A stretch of DNA of 64,000 bases from a virus, in IMG/VR virus record IMGVR_UViG_3300031885_000003, positions 1 to 64,000 of that record. One strand, written 5' to 3'. The position numbers and the translations under genes were made by a program. Every line of letters begins with the position of its first letter. Position 1 is the first letter of the stretch. This document shows positions 1-10,900 of the stretch, piece by piece. The notes under the pieces are model-generated. The model had not been told where the DNA came from, did no database searches, and was given only the letters and a program-made list of their open reading frames with translations.

Positions 1-416
1 GCGCAGCTTAGTAATTGGTTGCATCAAAGCAGTCGCAGCCGATGCCGCCAGGGCGGACGGCGAGAAAGGAGATGGAAGTGATAACACCTGAGCAGGAATT
101 GAAAGATACCATTGCGAGTTTGAGTGCCGACAACGACCGCCTCAAGGAAGACACCACGGCACTGGGACTGGAAGTGGACCGGCTGAAGGAGGCGTTGGCG
201 ACGGCGAAGGAAGAACAGGAAGGGGCACAAGAAGAATCAGACGGCAACACAGATCGCCGTCCAACAATTGAGGAGCTTGAAGCGATTCTTGGCAAAGATG
301 ATGAGACAAGCATTGAGATCCTGCCGAACGGCGAAGTTCGCGTAGAACGGCGACCACTACCTAATGATAGTGTCAAACCAATTACTTTCCGCGACAATCT
401 TGGGGGTGAATATACA
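1..416 (+). repeat. Direct repeat copy 1 (partner 50659-51075)
   Basis: Position 1 aligns to 50659; about 6 mismatches in the first ~285 nt by eye, more diverged afterwards up to GGGGGTGAATATACAC. Confidence 0.95.
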
Positions 417-443
417 CTAGATGCGGCGAAGGAGAAAGCATGA
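72..443 (+). CDS. Hypothetical phage protein with coiled coil (paralogue of 50730-51104)
   Basis: AAGGAG near ATG72/GTG78; near-identical second copy. Confidence 0.7.
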   Translation: MEVITPEQELKDTIASLSADNDRLKEDTTALGLEVDRLKEALATAKEEQEGAQEESDGNTDRRPTIEELEAILGKDDETSIEILPNGEVRVERRPLPNDSVKPITFRDNLGGEYTLDAAKEKA

Positions 444-1060
444 AACCGCTGCTGATGTGCAGTCCCATGGTGCGGGCGCGTCTGGCGGGCCTCAAGTGGT
501 GTACCCGCCGCGTCATGGTACCGCAACCTCTATTAGTTGACGGCGAATGGCTATGGGCCCCGCGCCGGGGTATGATGGTGATCCCGCAATCGGAATGGGT
601 TAAATATGCCCGGCTGCAACCCGGCGACCTCTGTTACGTGCGGGAGCGCCAACGGGTGATCGAATTTAAGCATCACCTTATCCGCGTCCGCTACGAAGCG
701 GATGGTGTCGAAAGCGATTGGATTGAATACCCGGAGCGTTGCAAATGGAAACCCGTTGTCGGCCACTGTCTGCCCTACGGCGGTATCCGCGAAACCGCTC
801 GGCTGTTTGTGCCGATCACGAACACGCGGGCGGAGTGGCTACAGGACATCACTGAGGAAGATGCGATAGCGGAGGGGATAGCAGAAGGGGAATGGTACGA
901 TTATGTGGAACATCAACAAATAGGTGGTGTACCACTTCCATACGGGATTTTCAAGACGACATTTATGTGCCTGTGGGACTTCCTCAACGCCGCACGTGGC
1001 TACCCGTTTGCAAGTAACCCATGGGTGTTCCGACACGGATTGGGAAAGGAGCAGGCATGA
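440..1060 (+). CDS. ASCH/PUA-like phage protein (paralogue of 54983-55675)
   Basis: MVRA..AG.K..TRR, PGDLCYVRE, LQDITEEDAIAEG, F..LWD.LN, NPWV motifs. Confidence 0.75.
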   Translation: MKPLLMCSPMVRARLAGLKWCTRRVMVPQPLLVDGEWLWAPRRGMMVIPQSEWVKYARLQPGDLCYVRERQRVIEFKHHLIRVRYEADGVESDWIEYPERCKWKPVVGHCLPYGGIRETARLFVPITNTRAEWLQDITEEDAIAEGIAEGEWYDYVEHQQIGGVPLPYGIFKTTFMCLWDFLNAARGYPFASNPWVFRHGLGKEQA

Positions 1061-1461
1061 GTTTAACCAGAAAACAACGGTTGATCCGTGACGCGAATAA
1101 ACTGGCATGGGTAAAAGGGGTCATTAGCAGAAAAGGTGCAATTGGTCTCGACTGGCCCATCCGTCCCATAGAGGGTATCGTGTGTATGCAAATCGGCGTT
1201 GGCGTTTCACGCGAATGGACAAATAAAAAACAGTGGGCCCTCACACATCTTCAGAGTGGCCTTCGGGTGGGCGGCCCAGTAAATACAAAACGGGGTGCAA
1301 TGGTGGCCGCTCTAGTTCTATCCAGGGTCTTGGACTTTACCAAATCGGCCGCACGCGTGAGGCGACAGGCCAAACGTGGCGGGTTAACGGTTAAACAAAT
1401 ATATGGGATCACGGAAAACCCATATCTGAGAGAAGTAAATGGGAAGGCGAAAAAGGCATGA
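1057..1461 (+). CDS. Hypothetical protein (paralogue of 54341-54727)
   Basis: ATGA overlap with RBS; shared LIR.ANKL.WV, W..THL.SG, LSR.LDF. Confidence 0.7.
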   Translation: MSLTRKQRLIRDANKLAWVKGVISRKGAIGLDWPIRPIEGIVCMQIGVGVSREWTNKKQWALTHLQSGLRVGGPVNTKRGAMVAALVLSRVLDFTKSAARVRRQAKRGGLTVKQIYGITENPYLREVNGKAKKA

Positions 1462-2294
1462 ACCCGCACTACAGCGTCAGCCAGATGTCGATGTTCTGGA
1501 AGTGCGCGATGCAATGGTATCTCAAAAAAAAGGTAGGGCCGGTCGCGCCGTCTGCATTTCTAATTATGGGGAAAGGCGGACACAGGGCTATAGAGAAAAA
1601 CCTGACGCACAAAATTGAGACAGGCGTGCTATTGGGCGAATCGGATGTAGCAGACATAGCCCGTGACGCGGTCAACGAAGAGTGGGCCAACGAGCCGCCG
1701 CAATTCAGCGACGAGGACAAGGAGAGCGCCATCACCTCAAAGGGCGCTGCGGTAGACAAAGCGGTTAATTTATCCAAGGTTCACCACAACATCGTGGCGC
1801 CTGAAATCAGGCCAATCTCGGATCTGACTGCGGATGGGAAGTTCAAGGGCATCGAGCGCGACTGGCGGTTGCATACGCCGTTGGGCGTAGACCTTATGGG
1901 GAAGATCGACATTTGCGAAGACGAATCGGCGGGGTGGCGCATCAGGGACACCAAGTTCACCGGCAAGCGGCCGTCAGATAACCAAGTCCACGGATCAATC
2001 CAGTTGACGGGATATCATCTGGCCCTGTCGGTCCTAGACCACCACGATTGCATGTTGCAGATGGACGCGCTTGTGCAGACCAAGACCAAGAGATATTTCG
2101 TGCCGAAACCCACAATACGAAATGCGTTCGACCACCAAGACTTTTTGAATCGACTCGCGGCAATGCACGATGCCCAAGAGAAGGGAGTGTTTTTACCATG
2201 CCAGCGGGACAGTTGGCCGTGCAGCGAGAAATTTTGTGGCTACTTTGCGAGCATCTGTGCGTATGGCAGACGCGGACGCGAAAGAAAGGGCTGA
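1458..2294 (+). CDS. PD-(D/E)XK exonuclease, Cas4/RecB-like
   Basis: YSVSQ..MF.KC, G...H, IE, GKID, IRDTKF, QL..Y and C-terminal Cys cluster. Confidence 0.8.
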   Translation: MNPHYSVSQMSMFWKCAMQWYLKKKVGPVAPSAFLIMGKGGHRAIEKNLTHKIETGVLLGESDVADIARDAVNEEWANEPPQFSDEDKESAITSKGAAVDKAVNLSKVHHNIVAPEIRPISDLTADGKFKGIERDWRLHTPLGVDLMGKIDICEDESAGWRIRDTKFTGKRPSDNQVHGSIQLTGYHLALSVLDHHDCMLQMDALVQTKTKRYFVPKPTIRNAFDHQDFLNRLAAMHDAQEKGVFLPCQRDSWPCSEKFCGYFASICAYGRRGRERKG

Positions 2295-2296
2295 CT

Positions 2297-2788
2297 ATGG
2301 GCCGACCGAGGCTGACAAACATAGACGAAGTTGTTTCCATGTACAAGAGCGGGATGTCCTACAGAGAAATTGCCGCCACCATAGGTCGCGGCAAATCCAC
2401 CGTGCGAGACGCACTGAAAGCGGCCAGTCACCCAGTGCGCGAACTCAAAGACCGGTATCGTATTGCCAGAGAAAAAGGACTACTCGGGGCAAAGAATCCA
2501 CCATGCGGTGAGCGCAACCACGCATATTTAGGAGTAAAGGCGAGACGGGGATACAGGCTTGTCGTTCCTGTGCTCACTGTCTGCGAAATATGCGGGACCC
2601 CGGCGGATCTAGCCATTCATCATATTGACTGCAATCCAAGAAATAACGACCGTGACAACCTTAAGATCGTGTGTCGATCATGTCACACGACGATTCACCG
2701 AAAGGATCGCTTTCGCCGTAAGAGAGAAATCGAATTGGAGCAACTGAGGACAAATGCCCCTACGGACGCCGGGGGCGCGAAAGGATGA
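2297..2788 (+). CDS. HTH plus HNH endonuclease
   Basis: GMSYREIAATIGRGKSTV helix-turn-helix; CEIC..HHID.NPRNN...NL...CRSCH..IH. Confidence 0.85.
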   Translation: MGRPRLTNIDEVVSMYKSGMSYREIAATIGRGKSTVRDALKAASHPVRELKDRYRIAREKGLLGAKNPPCGERNHAYLGVKARRGYRLVVPVLTVCEICGTPADLAIHHIDCNPRNNDRDNLKIVCRSCHTTIHRKDRFRRKREIELEQLRTNAPTDAGGAKG

Positions 2789-2792
2789 CAAC

Positions 2793-3119
2793 ATGAACGG
2801 ATTATCTGGAAAAGTACTAGCACAGGCAATTGGAGGGAATGTACGGTTGCAAGAGTATCAACCGCATTTGCTTGTGGAGATCCGGGATCGAACATTAACA
2901 ATCGTTGGGTTGGCGGCTGAACTCCGCCGCAAACTCTGTGCCTACAAGGATGTAGTGCAAGGCACTCCGCCAGCCGCGCCAATGGCGCAGGTGGTGTGCG
3001 GAGAACAGGGCCGAAACGAGTTTATCGGCGGGCTCTATTGCGAGATCATCACGCACCAGGGTGAGGCCCAACAAAGTCTTGAAGTGGCAACCCGCATTCT
3101 CGACGAGCTCTTGGCATAG
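2793..3119 (+). CDS. Hypothetical protein
   Basis: ORF in operon order; start uncertain. Confidence 0.5.
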   Translation: MNGLSGKVLAQAIGGNVRLQEYQPHLLVEIRDRTLTIVGLAAELRRKLCAYKDVVQGTPPAAPMAQVVCGEQGRNEFIGGLYCEIITHQGEAQQSLEVATRILDELLA

Positions 3120-3146
3120 CCCAAGGCAAACCAAAGGAGGACGAAC

Positions 3147-3467
3147 GTGAGGAGAATCATACAGGTTCAGTACGAACTCCCCTGCAACAAGTGGACGTGC
3201 GGGCGGTGCATTCAGGGTGTGGTTGAATATTGTGCGCTGTTTCCCCACTCTCCCCGCGTTCTGAAGGCGCGATGCGGGATCTGGTATCGCGTACCAGACT
3301 GCATCGCCGCTGACATCGACCTGGAACCGTGCGAGGCCGGATGTAAACGAGAGGCCACACACACGGACAACGAGGGCATCGGCCTCTGTACGCCGTGCTG
3401 GAACGCGCTGATTAGGGAAGATAAAACCGCGAGAGCGGAGAAGGGACAAGAGCATGGGACCGAATGA
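3147..3467 (+). CDS. Cys-rich hypothetical protein
   Basis: Strong RBS AAAGGAGG before GTG; several CxxC motifs. Confidence 0.6.
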   Translation: MRRIIQVQYELPCNKWTCGRCIQGVVEYCALFPHSPRVLKARCGIWYRVPDCIAADIDLEPCEAGCKREATHTDNEGIGLCTPCWNALIREDKTARAEKGQEHGTE

Positions 3468-4584
3468 GGAATCGACAGCAGTGCAGGTAATGGACGGCGG
3501 GGCGTTGGTGGCGATTGACCGGGCTGAAATCGATATGCACATCGCAACCGCCAAGAAGTACCCGAGGAACATTCCAAAAGCGGTCAAGGCGATGGAAGCC
3601 ATGATCGACTTCGATCCCGAACTGGCCGAGCAGTGCTTCTACTGCCTCGACTTCTATAAAGACGAAGACGGCAAACCGGCAGTGGGCCATTCAATACGGT
3701 TGGCTGAAATGGCGGCAAGCCAGTGGGGCAACGTGCGGTACGGTTCGCGCCCCCTCGACTACGGCGACAAGACCGTTACCGCCCAGGGATACTGCTACGA
3801 CCTCGAAACCAACGCCTATTACACGACGGTCAAGACCCGCAGCATCCTCAAAAAGAGCGGTCAGCGGTATACCGAGCCAAACGTCGTGAAGGCCATGCTC
3901 TCTGCACAGGCCATTGCGGAGCGCGATGCCGTCAGCAAGATCATCCCGCGCGTCTACCTGAACCGTCTCCGGGAACGGGCCATGCAATCGGCGGTCGGCA
4001 ACAACGCGGAGGAAATGAAGAAAAAACGCGACGTGCTGGTCAAATACTTCGAGAAGTTGGGCGTCTCGATGGCCGTCCTGTTCGCCTACCTGAACATTTT
4101 GGACGAAGGCGAAATCACAAAAGAGCACCTGATCCAGTTGCGCGGGATCGCCAACGCGATCAAGGATGGGCACCAGAGCGTTGACGACGTGTTCTTCAAA
4201 CGACCCGATGTGGAAACCGGCACCATCACGCCGGCAGACCTGACGCCAGCCGTCGATCAGAGAGTGAAGAACCTGACGCCCGAAGAAGCAGAAGCGGCTT
4301 CGTTGAATGCGTTGGCAATAGGAATGAAGTTGGCCACCCCGACGCCGAAGCCGGAAACGAAACCAACACCCCCGGCCGACACCGCGACCCAGGTACAGTA
4401 TCTGGGCGCCGAGGTCACCGACTTTCGGAAGCACAAGGGCGTTACAACTCGAGCGTGGCTCACGCAGTGGAAGAAACCGCAATCGGACATGACGCCGGAA
4501 GAACTTGTTGCGGCCTACGATTGGCTGCGGGCAATGCCAGAACGAGAGGAGGAAAAGAAAGATGAACCCCAGGAAACAACTTGA
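3454..4584 (+). CDS. Putative single-strand annealing/recombination protein
   Basis: AEID..IATAKKYPR, SIRLAE...QWGN, DLETN motifs of a common phage family found near exonucleases; function inferred. Confidence 0.55.
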   Translation: MGPNEESTAVQVMDGGALVAIDRAEIDMHIATAKKYPRNIPKAVKAMEAMIDFDPELAEQCFYCLDFYKDEDGKPAVGHSIRLAEMAASQWGNVRYGSRPLDYGDKTVTAQGYCYDLETNAYYTTVKTRSILKKSGQRYTEPNVVKAMLSAQAIAERDAVSKIIPRVYLNRLRERAMQSAVGNNAEEMKKKRDVLVKYFEKLGVSMAVLFAYLNILDEGEITKEHLIQLRGIANAIKDGHQSVDDVFFKRPDVETGTITPADLTPAVDQRVKNLTPEEAEAASLNALAIGMKLATPTPKPETKPTPPADTATQVQYLGAEVTDFRKHKGVTTRAWLTQWKKPQSDMTPEELVAAYDWLRAMPEREEEKKDEPQETT

Positions 4585-4774
4585 CCGAATCCAAGCCTGC
4601 GCGGAGATACTCTTGGAGATACTACACCAAACAGAAGGGAAACGAATCAGCCCCGTGATGAAACGGATAATCTGGGTGGCGGCTGAGCAGATTCACCAAA
4701 TCACTTGCCAGTGGACAGACGAACTCTACAAACCGGCATTGCGTGGCGAGCCGGAAGGAGAACAGACCGAATGA
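4562..4774 (+). CDS. Hypothetical protein
   Basis: RBS GAGGAGG upstream; overlaps both neighbours. Confidence 0.5.
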   Translation: MNPRKQLDRIQACAEILLEILHQTEGKRISPVMKRIIWVAAEQIHQITCQWTDELYKPALRGEPEGEQTE

Positions 4775-5133
4775 AAACCCCCGTGTTAATCCCTGTGTTG
4801 ATTTTGGCGGGCCTACTCTTGGTGATGCTCGCCTGTAGCACGCCCAGTTCAGACCATGAACTGGCCAAGTTCTGGAAAGAGGAGTCTGATTTCTGGATGA
4901 AGGCCGCGAAGTTCTGGCGGGATGACACCACAGACCAGATCGACGCCCTTCAGGTCCGAGTGGAGCAACTGGAGGCCAAGCAAGAGACCAACCTCACCAC
5001 CAGGGGCACCCTATTTATTACGCAACAGCCGCCGGCGATAAATTGGGAAGGTTCAATGCGGCCTCCAGTAGACACAGACGTCCACCTCAAGTTCGACGGC
5101 GCCGACTGGCACGAAACGTTCAGAATTCAATAA
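4771..5133 (+). CDS. Putative lipoprotein/membrane-anchored protein
   Basis: MKTPVLIPVLILAGLLLVMLAC signal with lipobox-like LAC; RBS AAGGAG. Confidence 0.55.
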   Translation: MKTPVLIPVLILAGLLLVMLACSTPSSDHELAKFWKEESDFWMKAAKFWRDDTTDQIDALQVRVEQLEAKQETNLTTRGTLFITQQPPAINWEGSMRPPVDTDVHLKFDGADWHETFRIQ

Positions 5134-5153
5134 CAGAGAGGAGACACCGACCG

Positions 5154-5810
5154 ATGAGTAGGAAACCCGCAGTAGTGGAAGCGCCGCCAGAAGTGGCTAC
5201 GCCAGAAGTGGCAGTGGAAACCCCGCTGGAACAACCAGTGGAAGAAACCCCCGTGCTGGAACTGTCCGAAGTGAAGCTCGGCCACGTCAGAGCTGGCAAG
5301 TCGTACGTCAAAAAAATCCCCGTGCCCCTTAGCGGCGACCCCGCAAAGCAGATCGCGGCGGCGCAAGAAATCGCCAAGCTCGAACGTTCAGTCAAGGCGC
5401 TGGAAGATGACAAGAAGGCCACGGTTAAAGAGCTTTCCGAAGCCATCACCGGCGGGAAGACGCGAATCCAGGAACTCGCCAAGCAGATCGTGAACGACAC
5501 CATCATCGAAGACGTGCGGGTCTACGAAGTGCTGGACTACGATGTCGGAGTAATGCGGACGATGCGGGAAGACTCCGGCGAAGTCATCGAGACCCGCCCG
5601 CTCTGTGACAAGGAAAAGCAGGCAGAATTGCCGCTGGACGAGGAGGGACGCCCGGACCTCGACGAGGAAGAACCGTTGCCCGAGACAGAACAGAACTGCG
5701 CCGCGTGCGCCGATTACGTGTCCTGCGAAACCCGGGCCGCGGACGGCGGACCCTGCGACAAATGGGCGGCATCGCCGGTCGAAGACGAGGACGAGGAGAC
5801 ACCCGAATGA
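5154..5810 (+). CDS. Acidic coiled-coil phage protein with C-terminal Cys motif
   Basis: RBS GAGGAG; short N-terminal tandem repeats (PEVA, VE.P.LE). Confidence 0.7.
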   Translation: MSRKPAVVEAPPEVATPEVAVETPLEQPVEETPVLELSEVKLGHVRAGKSYVKKIPVPLSGDPAKQIAAAQEIAKLERSVKALEDDKKATVKELSEAITGGKTRIQELAKQIVNDTIIEDVRVYEVLDYDVGVMRTMREDSGEVIETRPLCDKEKQAELPLDEEGRPDLDEEEPLPETEQNCAACADYVSCETRAADGGPCDKWAASPVEDEDEETPE

Positions 5811-6217
5811 ACCTTAAGGACAAGAAGATCCTGTTTTACCGCTGGTGGCCGCGCCCGGAGGACGGGCCCTGTCGCTCTGATACTGTCTGCTGGAAACGGT
5901 TCAGTTCGTGGATTGATGATGCGGCCATGACGGAGGTATTGACTGAGGACGGCCAGTGGATAATCGTAAGGCACGATGACACGGCGGTCATATATCCCGG
6001 ACAAGAACTGCTACGGCGGGTGTCTGCTCTAATGAACGCACTTGACGCCCTCGGCCCCGAATCCTGCTGTGACTGCAAGAAGCGATGCGTATGCGGACAC
6101 GCCATGCGGTTCACCTGCTCTGACACGCTTCTACATGCCGTTATTTTACGGGTAATGGGAAACGGGTGTGAATGGTTCGAGAAGGAACCCGCAGATGCGG
6201 TTACAGAGAAAGGATGA
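5807..6217 (+). CDS. Hypothetical protein
   Basis: ATGA overlap, RBS. Confidence 0.55.
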   Translation: MNLKDKKILFYRWWPRPEDGPCRSDTVCWKRFSSWIDDAAMTEVLTEDGQWIIVRHDDTAVIYPGQELLRRVSALMNALDALGPESCCDCKKRCVCGHAMRFTCSDTLLHAVILRVMGNGCEWFEKEPADAVTEKG

Positions 6218-6675
6218 GCATGAAGACAACATTTAGCTATAAGAACGAGTGTGTTTGGTTCGCCATACATCCCCAAGGCGAATGTATGAAAATAGTTGGT
6301 CTTGCGAAAGAGGAACGCATCCTAGCATACACCATCGCGGGCGGAGATCACACCTTCGAACCATACATGGGCGAGACAGAATTGGATATCAATTCCATCT
6401 TGACGACGCACGGACGGCGGTGGGATCTGATAAACGGATGGAACAACATTGATCAGAGATCAGCATGGGGAATTAAGACGTGGTTACAACCTGGACAGCA
6501 ACCGCCGTTGCCGGGATCGGTGAAATGGCAGAAGTGGGTTCGCAAACCAGAAACGATCTACGTGAGACTTTCTGCCATTGGCATGTACGAAGTCAAAGAA
6601 ACGACCCATACGGACGCCTATGCCATAGAAGAAAGTCTCTTACTGGAGAACTACACCCGTGCGGTTACGGACTGA
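6214..6675 (+). CDS. Hypothetical protein
   Basis: ATGA overlap, RBS AAAGGA. Confidence 0.55.
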   Translation: MSMKTTFSYKNECVWFAIHPQGECMKIVGLAKEERILAYTIAGGDHTFEPYMGETELDINSILTTHGRRWDLINGWNNIDQRSAWGIKTWLQPGQQPPLPGSVKWQKWVRKPETIYVRLSAIGMYEVKETTHTDAYAIEESLLLENYTRAVTD

Positions 6676-6955
6676 CTTCATCATCAGCGCCCGCGATTGG
6701 GCCGTCATCGTGCAGTACCACGTCGAGCAGGGCGTAGACCCCGGCATAATCAGTAGCCGGGGCAGGCTCCTGAGCCGCGTCCTGTTCAACGTGGCAAAGA
6801 AGATGGCGAAACGGTGCCGGAAGGTCCCGAAAGACGACGTGGAGGCGTTGAAAATACTGAAGCGGTATGGCGGGTTCAAGACATTCAAGACGTTTGATGT
6901 GGACCGGGAGAACCTGAAACAGACCATCAAGAGGAAGGAGAATAAGAAGAAATGA
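6659..6955 (+). CDS. Basic hypothetical protein
   Basis: GGAG before GTG; operon continuity. Confidence 0.5.
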   Translation: MRLRTDFIISARDWAVIVQYHVEQGVDPGIISSRGRLLSRVLFNVAKKMAKRCRKVPKDDVEALKILKRYGGFKTFKTFDVDRENLKQTIKRKENKKK

Positions 6956-7215
6956 GGTTAACCAGGCAGGCCATCTTTGGCGCTATGTTCGCGGGCATTG
7001 TTGGCTTCATCGTTGGATACGGTGCCGGCCATATGGACGCCGCGAATGCCGTACAGGAAGCCGCAACATTCAGCACGCGATTGTTCATCGTGGTATTCGG
7101 GGTGTTGCTGATTTACAATGTGCTCGAGATCGTTGGGTACGCGCACATGGCGGTAATCAACCTTGAATTTATCGAAAGACTGCTGGCGCAGCAGAGGAAG
7201 GACAGTGACAAATGA
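6952..7215 (+). CDS. Two-TM membrane protein
   Basis: Two hydrophobic segments; RBS AAGGAG. Confidence 0.6.
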   Translation: MRLTRQAIFGAMFAGIVGFIVGYGAGHMDAANAVQEAATFSTRLFIVVFGVLLIYNVLEIVGYAHMAVINLEFIERLLAQQRKDSDK

Positions 7216-7595
7216 GCAAGAACCGAATCGTGAAGCGGGTCTCGATGGAAGATCCGGAGGAGTTCCTGCAGGAACCGGAGGAACCGGCCGAAGGGGTCAC
7301 GCGTACAGAAGACCTTGACGACCACGGCGTTCGAATTGGCGACGATATGGAGGATGAGCCGGTTGTCTCGGTTGATCCATCGCCCGCGCCCCTGATAGTG
7401 AACAACGCGCCACTGGAAGCAACCGTCATCACTGTAGATCGCAAACCCCTTCTTGCCCGCGCCTTGCCGTTCTTGGAGACGTTCAGTAGGCATGGCCGGG
7501 GCTCGCGGTGCCCAGTGTGCGCCCAAATCATCGGGCATAATGAGAACTGCAAACTGGCCGCGTTGATCGCGGAGATCGAGGCGGTCCTGAAATGA
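7212..7595 (+). CDS. Hypothetical protein with CPVC..H...C motif
   Basis: ATGA overlap. Confidence 0.55.
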   Translation: MSKNRIVKRVSMEDPEEFLQEPEEPAEGVTRTEDLDDHGVRIGDDMEDEPVVSVDPSPAPLIVNNAPLEATVITVDRKPLLARALPFLETFSRHGRGSRCPVCAQIIGHNENCKLAALIAEIEAVLK

Positions 7596-7867
7596 GGGAC
7601 AAAACCAAACCACTCGACAACTGGGATCCTATGGCCTACCACGGCCCGTTCAAGGCAACAGACAAGACGAGAAATAAGTTCATAAAGAACATCGAGAAGG
7701 CCGCGCCCATGCGAGACGTAATGCTCGTTCTTATGGACATAGATCCCGAGGCTCCGGGGTTTGCGTTCGAGAAACTCCCCTTGGAGGCACAACGAATTTG
7801 CAATGCCCGCTGTGTGACCTACATACAGGATGGAATGCCCGTGGTTCGCAATCCAAACCTACATTGA
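7592..7867 (+). CDS. Hypothetical protein
   Basis: ATGA overlap; last gene before terminator. Confidence 0.55.
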   Translation: MRDKTKPLDNWDPMAYHGPFKATDKTRNKFIKNIEKAAPMRDVMLVLMDIDPEAPGFAFEKLPLEAQRICNARCVTYIQDGMPVVRNPNLH

Positions 7868-7897
7868 CCCTACCGCCTGACCTGCGCCCGCGCCCAG

Positions 7898-7927
7898 GCC
7901 CTTGAGCCACACCGCTCAGGGGCTTTT
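7898..7927 (+). terminator. Intrinsic terminator of the early operon
   Basis: GCCCTTGAGC-cacacc-GCTCAGGGGC followed by TTTT, at the convergence point. Confidence 0.7.
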
Positions 7928-10900
7928 CCTTTCAACAAGAGTCCATGCCTTTTTACGGTCTTCTTCGGAAATGGTTTCTGACCGTTTTATTTTTTGCAAT
8001 ATCGGAATACGATACACTTCTTTCTCCTCTGGCATCATCGCTTCCCAAACCTGCATCATCTCGGGAACGGTCCTCTCCCTGATCCGATCTCCAGCCCGTT
8101 CAATGTCCGCGTTCGTCCCCTTTTTACCAGACGAGAATATAGATTCCAGATTCGCCCTGTTTAGGGTTACCCCCGCCTTTTCTGCGGTCTCCACGGCCTG
8201 TCGTATGGATGTAATGTTACCACGCACATGTCCTCTCCTGAGCGCGGCAATCGTCTGGTATCTTTTCGTGTCTTCTGTCGAATACCCGCCAACTGGCCGG
8301 TCGCCCATCCTCATCTCGTCAAGCAACGCTTCTGCTTTAGTCTGCGTCAATACTTTTGACGCCGGCATGATGCCGACCAAAGGGGGTATCACACCGCCGA
8401 TGCCCTCGCCGGCTCCGACATTCCTTTGTGCCCCGCGAACCCAAAACGGGATATATTGTTTTGCCACAAACCCGGCAACCTGCGCAAGTTGTGTCATGAT
8501 CGGCGCGAACTCATCGCGGATCTGGTTGCCATAATAATCCTGATTCTTCACAACGTCGATGCCCGCTGAAATGAGGGGGTTTGCCTTATGGCCCAGGGTA
8601 CCCAGTGGGGACCGCCAATAAGCGAACAAGTCCTTTGCGTAGGTTGGCAACATCATCCGTTCGTCTTTGCCATACTCGTCCTTGCGGCCAGTGCGGAAGG
8701 CCCAGAAATCTCTATCCGTGGGTGTTTCTCCGGTGAAGGCCGTTGTCAATGCCCCATTGACTAGGGCGGTCGTCAATAAGAGCGAGATGGTGTAAGCTGC
8801 CCGATTCGTAATCTCCGGCTTGCGGAACCTCACAAGATCGGCGGCCACTTTAGCCAGGTCAATACCGCCACCTCCGACCTCTAGGATCGTGCCGCCAGTC
8901 CACCCCGGCGCACGGACAAGGGCCTGTACAACGTTCTTAGCGGCGTTGTTCATAAAAATGCGGTCGTAATTGACCTGACCCAACCGAGAGTCTACGCGAT
9001 TCCATATCTCACGTGCTGAGGCCCGCATTTCCTCATGGCCCGCTCCTGGATTCTGCGCCATCCAGTCATTCATCATTTCACCAAAGACGCCGAATTTAAT
9101 ACGCGGGACCAGCACTTCCATGATTGGGCGTGCTGATTGTTCGGCAAGCACCAACGGAGATCGCAATACGGCGGCGCCCTTCTTGGTCAACCCGCCCGCT
9201 TTCCAGTCTTGGACCATTTGCCGGGTGTGGCCTGTTTCCATCGTATACCGGCCCCACGGATGAAGTTTTCCCCCGCTTGCCATGAGGGCGTCGATAATCC
9301 CCGCCATGTCGCCACCTTGCGACCCTGGCTTTAGCCATTCTTTAATCAGTCTGTCGCCTTGTCGGAAATTGAGTATAGGTGCAACCGGCGCTTTTACAAA
9401 GGACCGCATGGCTGGCACCAATCGGCCCTGCGAGAGTTGCCTTATTCCCAATGCGCCTTCGGAAATCACAGATTCCATTGTGACGAACCCGCCGTGAAAC
9501 ATGGAAAACATCCCGAGCTGGAACTGGTTAAGGGAATTGGCCGCTCCCATGTAGGTTCGGAACGGAGAGCCAAAATATTTGTTGTTGTAGAGGCTTTGGG
9601 ATAGGTAGTTATTGATCACCTGTGCGGCCGCGTCTGCTGCGTAATAGTGGCCGACAAGCTGGGGTCCGGCGCCGCCTTCGGCTTTTGGCGCGTAGACCGT
9701 ACTGTATCGGTCGTTGATCTTCGTGAACCCGTCAGGGGCCTTCTTCCCGAGGCGCACAAACTCGATCTGGCCGCTGCCCTTGAGGGCGTTGATCGTTTGG
9801 TGGGCAATGAGGTACTTGTCCATCTCGGACATCTTGATTGCCACCAGATCGAGCGGGTTGGTCGAGACTGGCGTGTACCCAGCATCCAAACCGGCCTGAA
9901 CGTCATCGTAGACGCGCTGTCTCAGGAAAGACTTGCCGCCCTCCCACGGACGGCGCCCCATCGCCTGCTGGGCTGTCGCGCCTTTTTCTTTCCAGATGTG
10001 CGGGAAATAACTGTCGCGTACCTCTTCGAGTTTGCCCGTACCGAGCGCCTGAACGGCCTTGACCTTGGCTTCAAAGAGACTTCGTATCGAATCGGCAGTC
10101 GCCTGGAGTTGCGGGTTTGATTGGGCCTGGCCCGTATCCATCCGCTGCATGAAGTCGATATTGTCTTGCGGAGCCGCCCGCTGAAACGTGGTGTCCGCGG
10201 GTTTCATTGCCTCATGGAAAGCGTCCATTGCGCGGGCCGCTTTCGAGACTTCCTCGCTCGTAATGGCGCCGGTTTCTTTGCCGCCGCGCCGCAGAGTGGG
10301 GGCTACCAGCCGCACCATCCCATCAGTGGCATCGCGTATGGCGTCGGGTATCGCCGTGGCTCCAGGTGGCACAATCCCGAGCGGCTTACCAACAAACCTA
10401 CGTTGCCCTGGCAGATCAGCTCTGGGCCTTGCTTCGATTGCGGTTTCGCCAAACAATTCCTCCTGTCCCGGCGTTTCTCCGCGCAGTTCAACCAGCAATT
10501 TGTCAACCGTTTTGGTCGAACTCTGTTCACTCTCCAAAACCTTGCGTTGTGATTCAAGAGCGGAGATGGCCTGGACTTCACTCCCGTAGACGCCGACAAT
10601 GCCCTCTGCCTCTCTGGATAGACCCGGTGGGCCCCAGCGTTCGGGGGTTTCGACCGTCTCAGGTACCTGGGCGGGCGTTTCTATCTGCGCGTCAACGTAC
10701 TCGTCACCATACCGTTTCCGCGCCGCGCCTTCCCGTTCTTCCCCATACCGCCGCACATTTTTGTTCTTGCCGACGAGCAGGTCGCGGAACTCGTTCGTTG
10801 TATGGTCCGGGTCGAGCAACCCCATCTCGACCGCTTCTTGCCCCCACTGATCCCATGTGGTCTTGGCGTCACGCCTGAACAAACCGGGCGGGAACGCACC

